Shown one piece after another: positions 62,012 through 64,000 of a DNA stretch of 64,000 nucleotides (position 1 is its first letter; every line of letters begins with the position of its first letter). This stretch comes from Mizuhopecten yessoensis (taxonomy: Eukaryota). The position numbers and the translations under genes are program-made. The notes below the pieces were generated by a model, which saw only the letters and a list, made by a program, of their open reading frames with translations, had not been told where the DNA came from and searched no databases. The DNA lies in contig NW_018408904.1 of NCBI RefSeq assembly GCF_002113885.1, forward strand, positions 164,514-228,513, written 5' to 3'.

Positions 62012-62659
62012 TCACACCTTTGAAAACACTTGTTTGATATATGAAAAAGGTGACGTAAAGTAAAATGATTTTGACTCCTTTTTCACGGTTGCACTCTCGT
62101 CCTTTCCTCTCAATATTTCTCCTGCTTGTTTCCTAGTAGTAGCATCTACAAGCCAGTCCAGCATCTCATACAATCCCTCCCCGGTGGTGGCTGTGGTACC
62201 AAACACTTCACACAGGTGTGATTTACGGATGGTGTTGATGTCCATTTTCTCGCTTATCTCTAATGGAGTCAGAGCTCCGGATATATCCTGTTTGTTAGCC
62301 ACAACGACAAGCACAACATCCTTCAGTGATTCCTCTTTCACGGTACGGTGGAGTTCCTCCCGGGCGGATTCAATTCGTTCTTTGTCATTACTATCAACTA
62401 CAAAAACAAAGGCACTAGTTCCACTATAGTAATGTCTATAAAGAGGCCGAATATTGCCCCTGCCTCCTATGTCCCAAGTCACCAACTGTATGTTCTTATG
62501 TTCGACTGTCTCCACGTTGAATCCTATTGTAGGAATCGTTGTGACAACTTTACCCAGTTTCAGTCTGTAAAGAATAGTTGTTTTACCAGCAGCATCAAGT
62601 CCGTTTAATAGAACTCTAAATTCACGCTTGCGGAATAATTTGCCAAATATACCACCCAT
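62012..62659 (-). CDS. Intronless ADP-ribosylation factor (ARF)-like small GTPase, 215 aa, with atypical G3 box and C-terminal extension
   Basis: N-terminal MG; G1 GLDAAGKTT; switch [14 protein letters not shown]; G3 WDIGGR; G4 NKQD; G5 TTA; about 35-40 extra C-terminal residues. Confidence 0.93.
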   Translation of the reverse strand: MGGIFGKLFRKREFRVLLNGLDAAGKTTILYRLKLGKVVTTIPTIGFNVETVEHKNIQLVTWDIGGRGNIRPLYRHYYSGTSAFVFVVDSNDKERIESAREELHRTVKEESLKDVVLVVVANKQDISGALTPLEISEKMDINTIRKSHLCEVFGTTATTGEGLYEMLDWLVDATTRKQAGEILRGKDESATVKKESKSFYFTSPFSYIKQVFSKV

Positions 62660-62728
62660 CGTTGCTGTAATGGTTAATTTACAAACACACCCCTCGTATA
62701 CATTACGTACGGCATACCAAGTCGGGTA

Positions 62729-62736
62729 TTTATATA
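62729..62736 (-). promoter_or_regulatory. Candidate TATA box (TATATAAA) of the ARF-like gene
   Basis: About 70 nt upstream of the ATG on the coding strand, with TGACGT about 10 nt further upstream. Confidence 0.5.
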
Positions 62737-64000
62737 CACCTAGTTACACGTCACTGGTTGTGTGTAAACAAGGCCACGCAGTTAGAAATGACAACGCGTA
62801 AATGGGAAATAACCCACAATGTTTACTGTGTTACCACAGAAGGTTACACAATACTATTTCGACCAGATGGAAAACATAGCATGGGCTTATCGATATGTAA
62901 GAGTAGAGATATATAAATCGATTCAGAAAAGAAACAAGCACACGGAGACATCTACTATTTGCTTTGGTGAAAGATTTTGAATCAGTGAAAAATTTCAGTC
63001 GGATACAACAGATCAATAGCTGTAATGGTCCAATAGAATTACGGATCAATATATATATATATCAATTTATTAACAGTAAATACTTATACTGATATCTACA
63101 GATTTGATATCACTGAAGTTACTTCACTTTTCTTACGGTGTTCAAGTCTCACAACACGTATTGCATTATGCAGAGCAAAGTTTTGTTAAGGAGGAAATGT
63201 TTAATCGAAATGCGACGTGAAAAAGTCTCTTTAATTCATATCGTCGTCCAAAATCATTTAAATACGAACCCACGGAATTTGCAAACATGAATATTTTGGT
63301 AGTTACATATAATAAAAACAATCCAATTACGTGCACACATGTATATAGAGAGACGATTGATTTGCTTCTTTACGTTTTTGGCATTAACTTCAAAGCAAGT
63401 TTTGGTATGTGCTTTTTTATCATTATTGGAAACATCGTTTTGTTATTTTTTCTGACTAAACATCGGATAAAAAAGACGTGTTCTTAGTTAAAAGTTAAAA
63501 AACAACATGCATACCTAGATGTATTTTATCGGTTTCCCTTTCAAAAACATATAAAAAAGGAACAAAGATGTATAAATCGTACAAATCCATATCAACAACT
63601 GAATTATTTGGCAATTTCGCTATGTTACAGTTTATAAAGAATTATTAACTTGTTCAAATAATTCAAAGGAATTTATGTTTTGCCCATGTAATTCCATTCA
63701 CAATACACAACCGGCAAAGCCACTAAAATGTATCGCTCATATATTCAGGGCAGAATCACTCGCAAGGTTTTGTTAATAGTCATGACGTAGAATAATGTCA
63801 AATATAGAATTAACATTGATTTTTTAAAGAATAATGAATGTAATCATCACTGAAAGATTAAAACATTGGAATAGTACATAATTACATAACTATCTCTTTT
63901 AGCATAATAGCAAAGTTCTACATTCTACACAAACAATGTACGTGTCAAAGTGTCAAAGTGTAGAAAGTCAAACTTTGATATCACATATTTCCAAACTGAT

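Noticed and set aside
1-64000. tRNA, rRNA or CRISPR loci
   Set aside because: None recognised by eye; a covariance-model scan would be needed to exclude small RNAs.

Overview
Eukaryotic, AT-rich, repeat-dense draft-assembly window with N gaps, most likely from a bivalve mollusc (inferred from the gene and repeat families). Four intact protein-coding regions, each with an uninterrupted CDS: two divergently oriented paralogous Cys-loop nAChR-like subunits (16236-17519 minus; 45938-47227 plus), a BTB-BACK-Kelch gene (28241-29974 minus) and an atypical ARF-family GTPase (62012-62659 minus). The rest is about a dozen minisatellite arrays (24, 25, 27, 28, 30, 34, 37, 40, 45, 48 and 87 bp units), decayed retroelements (DIRS-type, Gypsy, several LINEs) and MITE-like foldback elements. 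Most notable: (i) both nAChR-like paralogs have lost the acetylcholine-binding aromatic box and their ectodomain differences cluster in the ligand-binding loops while the pore region is identical, as expected for diversifying sensory or orphan receptors; (ii) the two genes are an inverted duplication of a whole cassette (upstream block + 5' minisatellite + CDS + 3' minisatellite) whose homologous arrays have since homogenised independently and expanded very unequally (about 88 vs 4 copies next to the start codon). Most long ORFs in the ORF track are artefacts of stop-free repeats with unit lengths divisible by 3.
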